DNA from: Sedimentisphaerales bacterium
GTDB lineage: Bacteria > Planctomycetota > Phycisphaerae > Sedimentisphaerales > Anaerobacaceae
Direction: 5' to 3'
Assembly: GCA_963708075.1 (NCBI GenBank)
Contig: OY970194.1
Location: forward strand, 2,720,001 to 2,784,000
DNA length: 64,000 nucleotides
In this document: positions 39,995 to 48,981 of the stretch, one piece after another
Layout of the letters: the number at the start of each line of letters is the position of its first letter
Position numbering within the stretch: the stretch's first letter is position 1
Position numbers and translations under genes: made by a program
Notes under the pieces: model-generated
What the model saw: the letters and a program-made list of their open reading frames with translations, nothing else
What the model was told of the DNA's origin: nothing
Database searches by the model: none

Positions 39995-40861
39995 TCAGCG
40001 ATCTGCCACGCGGTGACGGCGCTTGCGGTCCATCAGGACCGTGGTCTTGGCGTAGATCTCCGGGGGCAAGGCTTCTTCGAGCACACGGCGGACCTCCGGC
40101 ATCGGCGTCCGCTGGGTCGTGTGCGTGATGATGATCTGCTCGTTTTGCATGCATGAGAGCAGGTGGGCCAGCTCGTTAATGTGCATATGGCGGCCCGCCT
40201 CGGCCCGCTGGGCGTGCTCGTCCTCATAGAATGTGCACTCCGCGATCAGGATTTTGCTGGTCGCCACGTAAGGCAATTGGCAGAAGTCCACGTACTGCGT
40301 ATCGCCCAGGTAACTGACGATGGGCACCTCCAGAGGATAATCGATCTCCACGCCCTGTTGCTTGAGGGTCACGATTTGCGGGCCGGTGAGGCCGACGTAC
40401 TCAGACTTGAGCTTCTTGCGTTTTTCGAGGACACAGTAGCCCACGGAGCCGGGGGTGTGCTTCGTCGGAAAGGCCCGGGCAAAGAGATTTGGCTTGATCT
40501 GATGCTCATCGCCCGGCCGCACGCCTACGAGGTTGGCAGGAATCTTATTGCCGTCGAGGTGCCCCCAGGCGGCGAGGATCTCCCGCATCGCGGAGATGAG
40601 GTTGACCGGGGCCACAATCGTGCCCGGCGACATCCCGCTGAAGATCCGCTGCGACAGATAGTAGGCGAACCCTGCCGAATGATCCATATGCCCGTGCGTC
40701 AGCAGAACGTGCTCGATGGAGATAAGCTGGTCCGGGGCCTTGCCGATATCGAAGCATACGTTGAGCTGGGGCACGCCCACGACCGTCTCCTCGCCCGCTA
40801 TCGAGTAGCCGAGGATGTCGAGCTCGCCAATTTGAACTTGTGCCAGGTTGTGACTAGGCAT
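39995..40861 (-). CDS. MBL-fold metallo-hydrolase, RNase Z-like
   Basis: THGHMDH, TKHTPGSVGY, YLGDT, ECTF, HMH. Confidence 0.85.
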   Translation of the reverse strand: MPSHNLAQVQIGELDILGYSIAGEETVVGVPQLNVCFDIGKAPDQLISIEHVLLTHGHMDHSAGFAYYLSQRIFSGMSPGTIVAPVNLISAMREILAAWGHLDGNKIPANLVGVRPGDEHQIKPNLFARAFPTKHTPGSVGYCVLEKRKKLKSEYVGLTGPQIVTLKQQGVEIDYPLEVPIVSYLGDTQYVDFCQLPYVATSKILIAECTFYEDEHAQRAEAGRHMHINELAHLLSCMQNEQIIITHTTQRTPMPEVRRVLEEALPPEIYAKTTVLMDRKRRHRVADR

Positions 40862-40988
40862 TTGGATTTACCATTTATCATTTACGATTTATGATTTACG
40901 AATTACGATTTGTCTCCGGACGCGCTATCTGTTCTACCGTGCGTCATCGCCAATCATAAATTGTAAATCGTAAATCGTAAATCGCAAA

Positions 40989-41768
40989 ATGCCCGACACA
41001 CGAGAACATAGAGGTCCGCATCCCGCCGATGCGGAGTTGTTTGCGCCGCCGATGCATACCCGCCTGCGGGCGGCCGTGGCTGATTTCTCCATGCTGCTGA
41101 CAAAGGGCTACGCGGAAAAAAGTGCGCTGGCGCTGGTCGGCGACCGATTCTCGCTGACGCAGCGGCAGCGATTGGCCGTGATGCGAAGCGCCTGCTCCGA
41201 TCAGCAACTGCAGTCGCGTCTCGAACGCCGCATGCCCGTCGAGGCGCTGGCCGATCAGCCCATCGCCATCGACGGCTATAACCTGCTGATCACCATCGAA
41301 GCGGCCATGAGCGGCGGCCTAATCTTCAAAGGCCGCGACGGCTGCTTCCGCGACCTGGCCAGCATCCATGGTACCTACCGCAAAGTCGAAGAAACAGTCC
41401 CCGCCGTGCAACTCATCGGCGCCTTCCTGACCGAAATCCGCATTGCCCGGGCCCTCTGGCTTCTGGACAGTCCCGTCTCCAACAGCGGCCGCCTCAAGAC
41501 CCTGATCGCGCAACTCGCCCGTGAGAACAACTGGCCCTGGGAGATCCGCCTGACAATCAGTCCCGACGCGGAATTGAGTTCCCCGTTGACAGTTCCCAGT
41601 TCTCAGTTCCCAGCCAACTGTCAACTGACGACTGACAACCGGCAACTGACCGCAATCGTCGTCAGCACCGACAGCGTCATCCTCGACGCCTGCCAGAAAT
41701 GGGCCAACCTCGCCGCCGAGATCATCACCCGACGATTGCCGCCGACGACCATCATCGACCTCACTTGA
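40989..41768 (+). CDS. DUF434 domain protein
   Basis: HRGPHPAD, VGDRFSL..RQR, IDGYNLLITIE, DGCFRDLAS, LDSPVSNSGRL. Confidence 0.85.
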   Translation: MPDTREHRGPHPADAELFAPPMHTRLRAAVADFSMLLTKGYAEKSALALVGDRFSLTQRQRLAVMRSACSDQQLQSRLERRMPVEALADQPIAIDGYNLLITIEAAMSGGLIFKGRDGCFRDLASIHGTYRKVEETVPAVQLIGAFLTEIRIARALWLLDSPVSNSGRLKTLIAQLARENNWPWEIRLTISPDAELSSPLTVPSSQFPANCQLTTDNRQLTAIVVSTDSVILDACQKWANLAAEIITRRLPPTTIIDLT

Positions 41769-41792
41769 ATCTCTCATCCCCTTACCGAGATT

Positions 41793-42221
41793 TCAATCCG
41801 CAGATTTCGCAGATTTTCGCAGATTTTGAAAGATGAGCCGTTTGACTTCGAGACTTGCACGCCCGAAGTTCAACAGCAGACCACGCTCCAGGCGAGCGGC
41901 TTTCAGGTAGTTGATCATCTTGGCGTCTTCGACACTGGTCATGTTCTGCAGCGCCTTGAGTTCAACGATTACACTCTCATAGCATACGAAATCCGCTCGG
42001 TACGCACAGGACAACCGTCGACCTTTGAAACAGACCGGCAACTCCGGTTCTCGCTGGAAGGGAATTCCAAGATCCGCAAATTCTATCGCCAACGCCTCCT
42101 GATACACCGCTTCCAAGAACCCCGGGCCGAGTTCTCGATGCACCTCCATCGCCGCACCGATGATGGCATGTGTCTGTGGGTCTCTCGAATCTGCGTCCAT
42201 CTGCGAAATCTGCGGATCCAT
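41793..42221 (-). CDS. GxxExxY protein (PD-(D/E)XK nuclease superfamily)
   Basis: [49 protein letters not shown]. Confidence 0.93.
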   Translation of the reverse strand: MDPQISQMDADSRDPQTHAIIGAAMEVHRELGPGFLEAVYQEALAIEFADLGIPFQREPELPVCFKGRRLSCAYRADFVCYESVIVELKALQNMTSVEDAKMINYLKAARLERGLLLNFGRASLEVKRLIFQNLRKSAKSAD

Positions 42222-42285
42222 TTCGTCCCTTCGAAACAGTGTTGACTCGATCCTGATTGTCCTCGCACACGAGGTTGTTCGTGAT

Positions 42286-42954
42286 TCAGTCCTTTGGTTC
42301 CTCAAAGCTGAAGTGCACGCGGTATTTCATGAGCTTCAGATTCGGTATTGCTCTGGCAGCATACCGGATCGGCTCGGGGAAATCGCTCGCGATGAGGATC
42401 GCTCTGACCTTCTCTGTCTTCATAAACCATCCGATATAGCGTGCAATTTGGCCGATTGCCGAGTCCTTGGCTTCTCCCACCTTGACTTCGATGACGGTCG
42501 TGACGCCCCGCGCATCTCGGCCCTGAATATCGACTCGCCCAACATCTGTGGCCACTTGGCGGGCTATGTAGACCAATCCCGGTTCGATTTGACCAAGGTC
42601 TTGCACCAGGTGGTCTTCCATGTCTCGTTCGAGGCTAATGCTGGATTGCACCAACTCTTCCGGACCTTCCTCAGACTCGATCTCCTCGCCCGGTGCCCAT
42701 TCATTCGGCCCGTGAATCTTCTCGTCGTACAGCACGAATGTTCCATCTGAGTTCTTGTACAGGAACCGCTCGGCTGATGGATGATGTATGTACGCTTTCG
42801 GATTGTTGATCTGGCAAGCGTACAGGTGAGCCTGAACCGAAGATACCTTCCACTGGCCGGGATATCTTTCCTCAACCGCACGTTTCACCATGTCGCTGGT
42901 CACTGGGCCTGCCGTTTCCTGCATATACTGTTTGATCGCCTCTGCCAACGTCAT
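42286..42954 (-). CDS. NucS/DUF91-like PD-(D/E)XK endonuclease domain protein
   Basis: [27 protein letters not shown]; separate N-terminal domain. Confidence 0.8.
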   Translation of the reverse strand: MTLAEAIKQYMQETAGPVTSDMVKRAVEERYPGQWKVSSVQAHLYACQINNPKAYIHHPSAERFLYKNSDGTFVLYDEKIHGPNEWAPGEEIESEEGPEELVQSSISLERDMEDHLVQDLGQIEPGLVYIARQVATDVGRVDIQGRDARGVTTVIEVKVGEAKDSAIGQIARYIGWFMKTEKVRAILIASDFPEPIRYAARAIPNLKLMKYRVHFSFEEPKD

Positions 42955-43236
42955 GGTCTGGGTCTCCTTTCATACACGAGCAACTGCCTTATGTCTTGTC
43001 ATACCCGCTGTCAGCGCAAGGGCATTGCATGTTCATGGTCCGATCATCAGTTGAACCACAAGATCATCGCATCGTCCTCTGGATATGACCGAGAGAATAG
43101 CATAGTACGTCCACCACATCAACAGGGATGGCGAGAGAATCCGCACATCGAGTCTTTGTGGCCAGTTCTTGGCGTATAGAGGATGGCACCGGCAGATCGG
43201 GCGATGTTCTATTTCAGCGTGCGGAGTGTCCGAATG

Positions 43237-43431
43237 CTATTTGCTCTTCGATGAAGATTGCGTGGGCGGTATCTTGACGCCTTCGCGCCGGGCCTGATTC
43301 AGGCCGATGGCGATGGCCTGTTTGCGGCTCTTGACTTTCTTGCCGGAGCGCCCGCTCTTCAGAGTCCCCTTCTTCCGTTCGTGCATTGTCTTTTCGACTT
43401 TTTCAGATGCTTTCTTCCCATACCTGGCCAT
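43237..43431 (-). CDS. Small basic protein, DUF6496-like
   Basis: KVEKTMHERKKGTLKSGRSGKKVKSRKQAIAIGLNQARREG. Confidence 0.85.
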   Translation of the reverse strand: MARYGKKASEKVEKTMHERKKGTLKSGRSGKKVKSRKQAIAIGLNQARREGVKIPPTQSSSKSK

Positions 43432-43615
43432 TGCTGCTCACCTTCTCAAAAAGGACGCTACACACTCCTTTTCCTTATCCGTGCCTGAGAATAATAGCAC
43501 AATACCAGGGAAGACGGCTCATAAGCATTCTCCCGAAACAAACAGACCGTTTCGCGCAAGGGAGCACTATCTGGTGACCTCCAGGTTCCTGACGACACCT
43601 GCCAGACAACTCCTG

Positions 43616-44176
43616 CTATACATAGCGTCTCACGCGATGGCAGTACTGTGCGTACTCATCGCCGAACGCCGTCTGCAGATGCTGTTCCTCGGCCAGAACG
43701 ATCTTGTGGTGAACGGTGACAACAAAGACGCCGATGAGAAGCAGGATTGGATTGAGCGTATAGAGTATGCAGGCAAGAATCGTCGCATCGACACCCAGGT
43801 ACATCGGATTGCGGCTGAATCGGAACAGCCCATGCGTCTTCAAGCGTGTGCTCTCTTTGGCGGAACCGATTCTGAAAGAGTCCCCGAGTCCGAGCCGCCC
43901 GATGAGCAGCAGCGTGAAACCGGCCACCCACAGGACAAGCGAGACCCATTTCAACACGCGTGGGACGTCCACAAAGGCAAGACCAATGCCCCAACTGTGC
44001 AGAACCATCGCGGCCCATAGCACAAGGATCGCGTACTTGCTGCTGTAAAAAAGCCCTTTGCCGATGGGCGGTTTGCCGTCCATGTCAATGCTCCTGCGCC
44101 GAAACAGGGCCCCGCCACCGAAGAGGATAATCAGAAACAAAACCGGAAGTACTGTCACAACGATGGGCTCGACCAT
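43616..44176 (-). CDS. Isoprenylcysteine carboxylmethyltransferase family protein
   Basis: LKTHGLFRFSRNPMYLG, EEQHL..FGDEYAQYCHRVRRY. Confidence 0.9.
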   Translation of the reverse strand: MVEPIVVTVLPVLFLIILFGGGALFRRRSIDMDGKPPIGKGLFYSSKYAILVLWAAMVLHSWGIGLAFVDVPRVLKWVSLVLWVAGFTLLLIGRLGLGDSFRIGSAKESTRLKTHGLFRFSRNPMYLGVDATILACILYTLNPILLLIGVFVVTVHHKIVLAEEQHLQTAFGDEYAQYCHRVRRYV

Positions 44177-44259
44177 AAATAGCCTCCTTGTCCAATGTCT
44201 CTCCAGCGGCCGGCGGAGTTCTCAGATCCACAATGAGTCCGGCCCAGGCGATCCCCGCG

Positions 44260-44937
44260 TCAATCGACGAGGGTTTGAACCATTGCGAGATTCACCTTCT
44301 CCAGGGAATCACAGATTACGTCGGCGCCGGACAGTCTCTCGGCGGACACAGTATTCGTCACGGCGATGCACTTGGCCCCCGCGGCCTTGGCGGCCCGCAC
44401 GCCGCTGGGGGCGTCTTCAAATACGACACAGCGAGCGGCCTCGATGCCAAGTCTGCGGATTGCGATCAGAAAGATCTGCGGGTCGGGCTTTTTCTTCGTG
44501 ACCTCACTGCCGCTGACGTACGCCATCCGCTGATATGGCACTTTCACGGCCTCCAGAATCGCCTCCGACAACTCCCGCGTCGCCGAGGTCGCAATGGCCA
44601 GTCGAAAGCCGTCCTGTCCCAAAGCCGCATGGATCAAGTCCAGCACTCCGGGAAAAGCCGGCAGCCCTTCCTTGCGCACGGTTTCCGCCAGGTATCGCTC
44701 GCGGACCTGGGCGGCGGCACGGGCCTGCTCGTCGGTCAATTCCAGACCGTGGACCCTCGCCCCGGCCTTGACATAGGCCTCCGCCCCCCTGCCGTACCCC
44801 GCGGCGAAGTCCTCGTACTTGACGCCCTTGAGGCCGAACATCTCATCGAGAACCCGAATCGTAACCTTCGCATTGATCGGCTCGGTGTCGCCGATCAACC
44901 CGTCCACGTCGAAGATCAAACCGTACTCTGCATTCAT
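44260..44937 (-). CDS. HAD family phosphatase (beta-PGM-like)
   Basis: FDVDGLIGDT, IATS, KPDPQIF, VFEDAPSGVRAA. Confidence 0.92.
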   Translation of the reverse strand: MNAEYGLIFDVDGLIGDTEPINAKVTIRVLDEMFGLKGVKYEDFAAGYGRGAEAYVKAGARVHGLELTDEQARAAAQVRERYLAETVRKEGLPAFPGVLDLIHAALGQDGFRLAIATSATRELSEAILEAVKVPYQRMAYVSGSEVTKKKPDPQIFLIAIRRLGIEAARCVVFEDAPSGVRAAKAAGAKCIAVTNTVSAERLSGADVICDSLEKVNLAMVQTLVD

Positions 44938-45297
44938 ATCATTCACCCTTAAGGCAATCGCAAAGATGAACGTGATAACATTCTGTCCGGCTTTCTGCAA
45001 CCTTTTCGCTCTTCATGCGTCCGCTACGATAGCGGGACGGTGTGGCGTTCGGACTTGAATCCCGCCGGACCGGCGGAGACGCAGTACATTGCCTCTGTGC
45101 GTGTCCCCGCAGAAAGGAGTGTGGAGTATGAAATCGAACCTGTTCCGCAGATCGCTGTCTTGTGGGTGGTGGCGATTCTCACTGTCGCAGCGGGAGGTCG
45201 GGATGAAGTTCCGGGAGATTGCAGACTCCCGAAACGCGAAACGCCATGATCAAGTTCTACCAGCTCGAAGGCAAGACCCTCTGCTTCATCATCGGCT

Positions 45298-45765
45298 CTA
45301 AAGAGAAAGGCGTCGCCGACTGACGTCTGTCTGTGCATAGGGCATCACCCGATGCCGCATGCGCAGAAGCAGAGCTACCATAAGAATCGCCTGGACCAGA
45401 CCCTCCGCGAAATCAACAAAGACCACCCAGAACATGCCGCCCCGCTGGTCCGGCGGCACCTGGGAGAACAGGACGATCAGCCCAACAGGAGCGAGAATCA
45501 GGCTTCCTACACCCGCGATCCAGATCAGCGGGAGGTAGCGCGGGATGTCCATGGAGGCGACAAGGAATATCAGCCCCACAAAGGCATACATGATCATCAG
45601 CATCCGCCATAGATAGGTCACGAGAATCCCTACCGGAGTCCCGGGTGCCCCTTTATTGATCCAGTAAGCCACCCACGATTGAGGCATCACCGCCGCAAAA
45701 AAAGCAAACAGCGTAGTGAGGCACATGAACCGTAGCAGCCATTTCAATCCTGTTTCCGCCGTCAT
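45298..45765 (-). CDS. Hypothetical membrane protein
   Basis: 155 aa with 4 TM segments; GAAGGA upstream. Confidence 0.65.
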   Translation of the reverse strand: MTAETGLKWLLRFMCLTTLFAFFAAVMPQSWVAYWINKGAPGTPVGILVTYLWRMLMIMYAFVGLIFLVASMDIPRYLPLIWIAGVGSLILAPVGLIVLFSQVPPDQRGGMFWVVFVDFAEGLVQAILMVALLLRMRHRVMPYAQTDVSRRRLSL

Positions 45766-45865
45766 AGGGCCGTCCTTCCACTCGGCACGCTATTTCTCCT
45801 CTCCCACCGTACACATCACGTCATGGCATTTCAGGCCAGTCAATCTGTATTCGGGTGTCAAGGCG

Positions 45866-46954
45866 CTATAGCTTATGAGGGCCGATCATAGGGCGTGGTT
45901 TCTCACGGTGATCGGCGATCAGGGAGGCTATGACCCCTACAGTCAGGATCAGGAACACCAACGCCAGCAAGTAGAAGTTGAAATGCTCTCCGATGGCTGC
46001 CTTGAGCCATTTGGCAATCAACATCTTGACTCCCACGACCATCAGCACCAGCGCGAGCGACACTTTGAGGTAGCGGAACTTGTCCACCATCCCGGCCAGG
46101 GCGAAATAGAGCGATCGCAAGCCGAGGATGGCAAAGACGTTGCTCGTGAACACCAGGAACGGGTCGGCCGTGATGGCGAAGATGGCGGGGATCGAGTCCA
46201 CCGCGAAAATCAGGTCCGTCGATTCAATCACGGCAAGGGCCAGTGCCAAAGGCGTCAGCAGCAGCGCGCCGTGCCTGGCTCTATCCACCATCTCGTCCGG
46301 CTCAATGGCCATACCGGGTTGTTCGCTCTCGCGGGAGGCCCGTGTCCCGGCCCGCACGATGAAGTGCTCCCCGTGGAATCGGGCCGTGACCGGAAACCAC
46401 CGCCGCACCAGACGCACAACAACGTTCTGGTTCGGGTCCTTGTGCTCCGTCTTCATGACCAGCATCTTGATCGCCGTGAGGATCAGGAAGACGCCAAAGA
46501 TATACAGAACCCAGTGAAACTCCGCGATGAGTTTTGCGCCGATGGCGATCATCGCGCCTCGCATCACCAAAGCGCCCAGGATGCCCCAGAATAGCACCCG
46601 GTGCTGATAGATCGCCGGCACCGCGAAAAAGCCGAACATCATCGCGATCACGAAGATGTTGTCCACGCTCAGCGATTTTTCGACAATGTAACCGGTCAGA
46701 TACTTCTGAGTTGCCGTCCAGCCGCTATTGACCAACCCGTCGGCGGCATCCACCCCGACCCCAAGTCCAAACCACTGGCCCTCATAGCCGAAGTACACGA
46801 ACAGGGAAAAAGCCAGCCCCAGGGTAATCCACACCGCGGACCACGCGAGGGCCTCTTTCACCGAGACCACGTGGGCCTTGCGGTGAAAGACACCAAGGTC
46901 CAACGTCAGCATCAGCAGCACAAAGGCGATAAAGCCTGCATAAAGCCAGATCAT
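45866..46954 (-). CDS. TerC/Alx family membrane protein
   Basis: LDLGVFHRKAH, EKSLSVDNIFV, QHRVLFWGILGA, DLIFAVDSIPAIFA, LGLRSLYF. Confidence 0.93.
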   Translation of the reverse strand: MIWLYAGFIAFVLLMLTLDLGVFHRKAHVVSVKEALAWSAVWITLGLAFSLFVYFGYEGQWFGLGVGVDAADGLVNSGWTATQKYLTGYIVEKSLSVDNIFVIAMMFGFFAVPAIYQHRVLFWGILGALVMRGAMIAIGAKLIAEFHWVLYIFGVFLILTAIKMLVMKTEHKDPNQNVVVRLVRRWFPVTARFHGEHFIVRAGTRASRESEQPGMAIEPDEMVDRARHGALLLTPLALALAVIESTDLIFAVDSIPAIFAITADPFLVFTSNVFAILGLRSLYFALAGMVDKFRYLKVSLALVLMVVGVKMLIAKWLKAAIGEHFNFYLLALVFLILTVGVIASLIADHREKPRPMIGPHKL

Positions 46955-47197
46955 TTCATTTTCCCTGTCAACCGTATCCCGGCGTCTATCATCGTTCCTG
47001 TGAATCTGCCGGACGCCCACATCCGGACTCTCTTACGTGTCGCAGACATCATAGTGCGGCACGCCGGCCAGTCAATGCCGATCCCGCATTTCTGTATCCT
47101 CGGCTCTTGATGGTAAATCGAGGGCGATAGACTAAAATGACGGGGCGCAGCGTTTCCACATTGACAGCCGGTTGTTGGTGTTTGGCGACTTTTGCTG

Positions 47198-48250
47198 ATG
47201 CTTGAGGATAGGATACTGGTCACAATATCGGATTGGATGACCCGCCCGGCATGGGCGCTGGAGCAGACCATCGACGCATTGAAGAATGTCCGGGCTGTAT
47301 ACATTGCCGGGCGTTTGCACAATCCCTGGCGCGACGTTGAGGCGGACTTTGAGATCTGGGCCCGGCCGAAGAGTGGCAATTCAACCCGATCGGGTGATTG
47401 TCGCTACCGGGAAGGAGACTATCATCTCTGCGTGGCCTCGCAAGCCGAGAATGTCACATATGTCTACGAGCGATACCAGAACCCGAAACAGGACGTGGTC
47501 TATATTACAGACGGCCTCAATCGAGGCGCGCACACCTTCCCCAGCGGCGACGTGCTGGCGGAATTCAAAGCCATGGCGGAGGACTGGCGGGAGGAAATCC
47601 GCAAGGACCCTCAGACGGGCAAGTCGTACGTGGATATTACGTTCACAGGGCCGGAGGTCAATACGGCCAAGCATTGGCTGATCCAGGTCGACCTGGAGAC
47701 CAAGTTGCCCATCCGCACCGCCGTCTGGTTCAACGAGGACCGCCAGGGCCCACCTCACTACGAGTTCACCAAGATAGAGTACGATCCTGACATCCCTGAA
47801 GGGTACTTCAACTTCACACCGCCGGCTGGCGCACAGATCATCGATTGTCGAGAGCTCGACAGGCTGGTCGCCCAGAACTCTAACGTCGGGACCTCTGTCG
47901 ACCAACTCGGGTATGAGGAGGCCTGCAAGAAGGTCATCGCAGCCTACTGGAAAGCCGTGATTGCCAAGGACTGGAATGCCGTTCAGACGCTTCGGTCTCT
48001 CGCAACGGGTAAAAGCCTGGCCGATCTACAGGCAGTCTATGCTGCTTACGGATCCATCGAGCAGGCAAGCATCTCCAGGATGAACCATCTCAACGATCCG
48101 GGGACATTCGTTGAAGTGTTCTGCATCCTTAGGATGAAGGACGGCTCTACCCACCACTCGCTGCTCAACGTGGCCCTGCAGGACACGCCTGCCGGCAGGA
48201 TTGGCGTCGTCGCCGGGTCCGCCGGCCCGGAGTTCTATGACGCCGAGTAG
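47198..48250 (+). CDS. Hypothetical protein resembling an anti-sigma extracytoplasmic (LolA-like) domain; start uncertain
   Basis: PAWALEQTIDALKNV and VDLETKLPI..PEGYFNFTPP parallel PAYAVEQTVAAIKKV and IDPKTKLPI..PEGMFDFTIP in the 48978 gene. Confidence 0.65.
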   Translation: MLEDRILVTISDWMTRPAWALEQTIDALKNVRAVYIAGRLHNPWRDVEADFEIWARPKSGNSTRSGDCRYREGDYHLCVASQAENVTYVYERYQNPKQDVVYITDGLNRGAHTFPSGDVLAEFKAMAEDWREEIRKDPQTGKSYVDITFTGPEVNTAKHWLIQVDLETKLPIRTAVWFNEDRQGPPHYEFTKIEYDPDIPEGYFNFTPPAGAQIIDCRELDRLVAQNSNVGTSVDQLGYEEACKKVIAAYWKAVIAKDWNAVQTLRSLATGKSLADLQAVYAAYGSIEQASISRMNHLNDPGTFVEVFCILRMKDGSTHHSLLNVALQDTPAGRIGVVAGSAGPEFYDAE

Positions 48251-48441
48251 TTCACAGGTCATACGGTGCTATGCACCTGGCCGCCGATTTCACCCTCGGC
48301 GGCCTCTTTCATGCGCCGCCGACATGGCCGGTGTCACCAACGAGTCTGGCAAGAAATACTCGCGGGCTATAGACTAATCCTCGTCGGCTATTCGTGTAGT
48401 ATGTGATTGACGGCCGTTCCCGGGAGGTCTGAAGAGTTGCG

Positions 48442-48981
48442 ATGGAAGATACGTGGCTGATCCTGCGATTCAAGCGGGGCAGCGTGGATGCCCTCTGCCG
48501 CATCTACGAGAAGTACGTGCGCGCGATGCTCGCCGTTGCATTCGGGCTCTTGAACGACCACTGCGCCGCGGAGGACGTTGTGCACGACGTCTTTGTCGCG
48601 TTCGCTCAATCGGCCGAGCGGCTCTCGCCGGCAGGCAGCCTGCGGAGCTATCTGACGACCTGCACGGCGAACCTCGCCCGGGACCGGCACAGGGCGATGG
48701 TTCGGCAGGCACGATGCCTGGAACGTGCGCAGAGCACAGGAGACGATGTCCCATCGCCGCTCACAAAGATACTCCGGGATGAGGAATTGCGGCAGGTGAG
48801 CGATGCCCTGTCGCAGTTGCCCTATGAGCAGAGGGAGGCGGTGGTCCTGCACTTGAAGGCCGGCATAACCTTCGGGGCGATGGCCAAGGCACAGGGCCTC
48901 TCGATCAACACCGTCCAAAGCCGGTATCGCTACGGAATCGACAAGCTGCGATCCATGCTGAATGGAGAGGTTGAGTCATGA
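48442..48981 (+). CDS. ECF sigma-70 factor
   Basis: AEDVVHDVF, LRSYL..NLARD, LPYEQREAVVL, INTVQSRYRYG. Confidence 0.93.
   Translation: MEDTWLILRFKRGSVDALCRIYEKYVRAMLAVAFGLLNDHCAAEDVVHDVFVAFAQSAERLSPAGSLRSYLTTCTANLARDRHRAMVRQARCLERAQSTGDDVPSPLTKILRDEELRQVSDALSQLPYEQREAVVLHLKAGITFGAMAKAQGLSINTVQSRYRYGIDKLRSMLNGEVES

Noticed and set aside
41793..42954. Two-nuclease defence system (NucS-like + GxxExxY)
   Set aside because: Adjacency only; no methylase or ATPase partner, and the GxxExxY gene looks like an independent repeat-bounded cassette.
45040..45301. Small plus-strand gene after AGGAG at about 45116
   Set aside because: Possible signal-peptide remnant split across frames, but no recognisable domain.
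31980..48300. Integron cassette array
   Set aside because: Mixed gene orientations, no integrase, and no attC-like repeats recognised.
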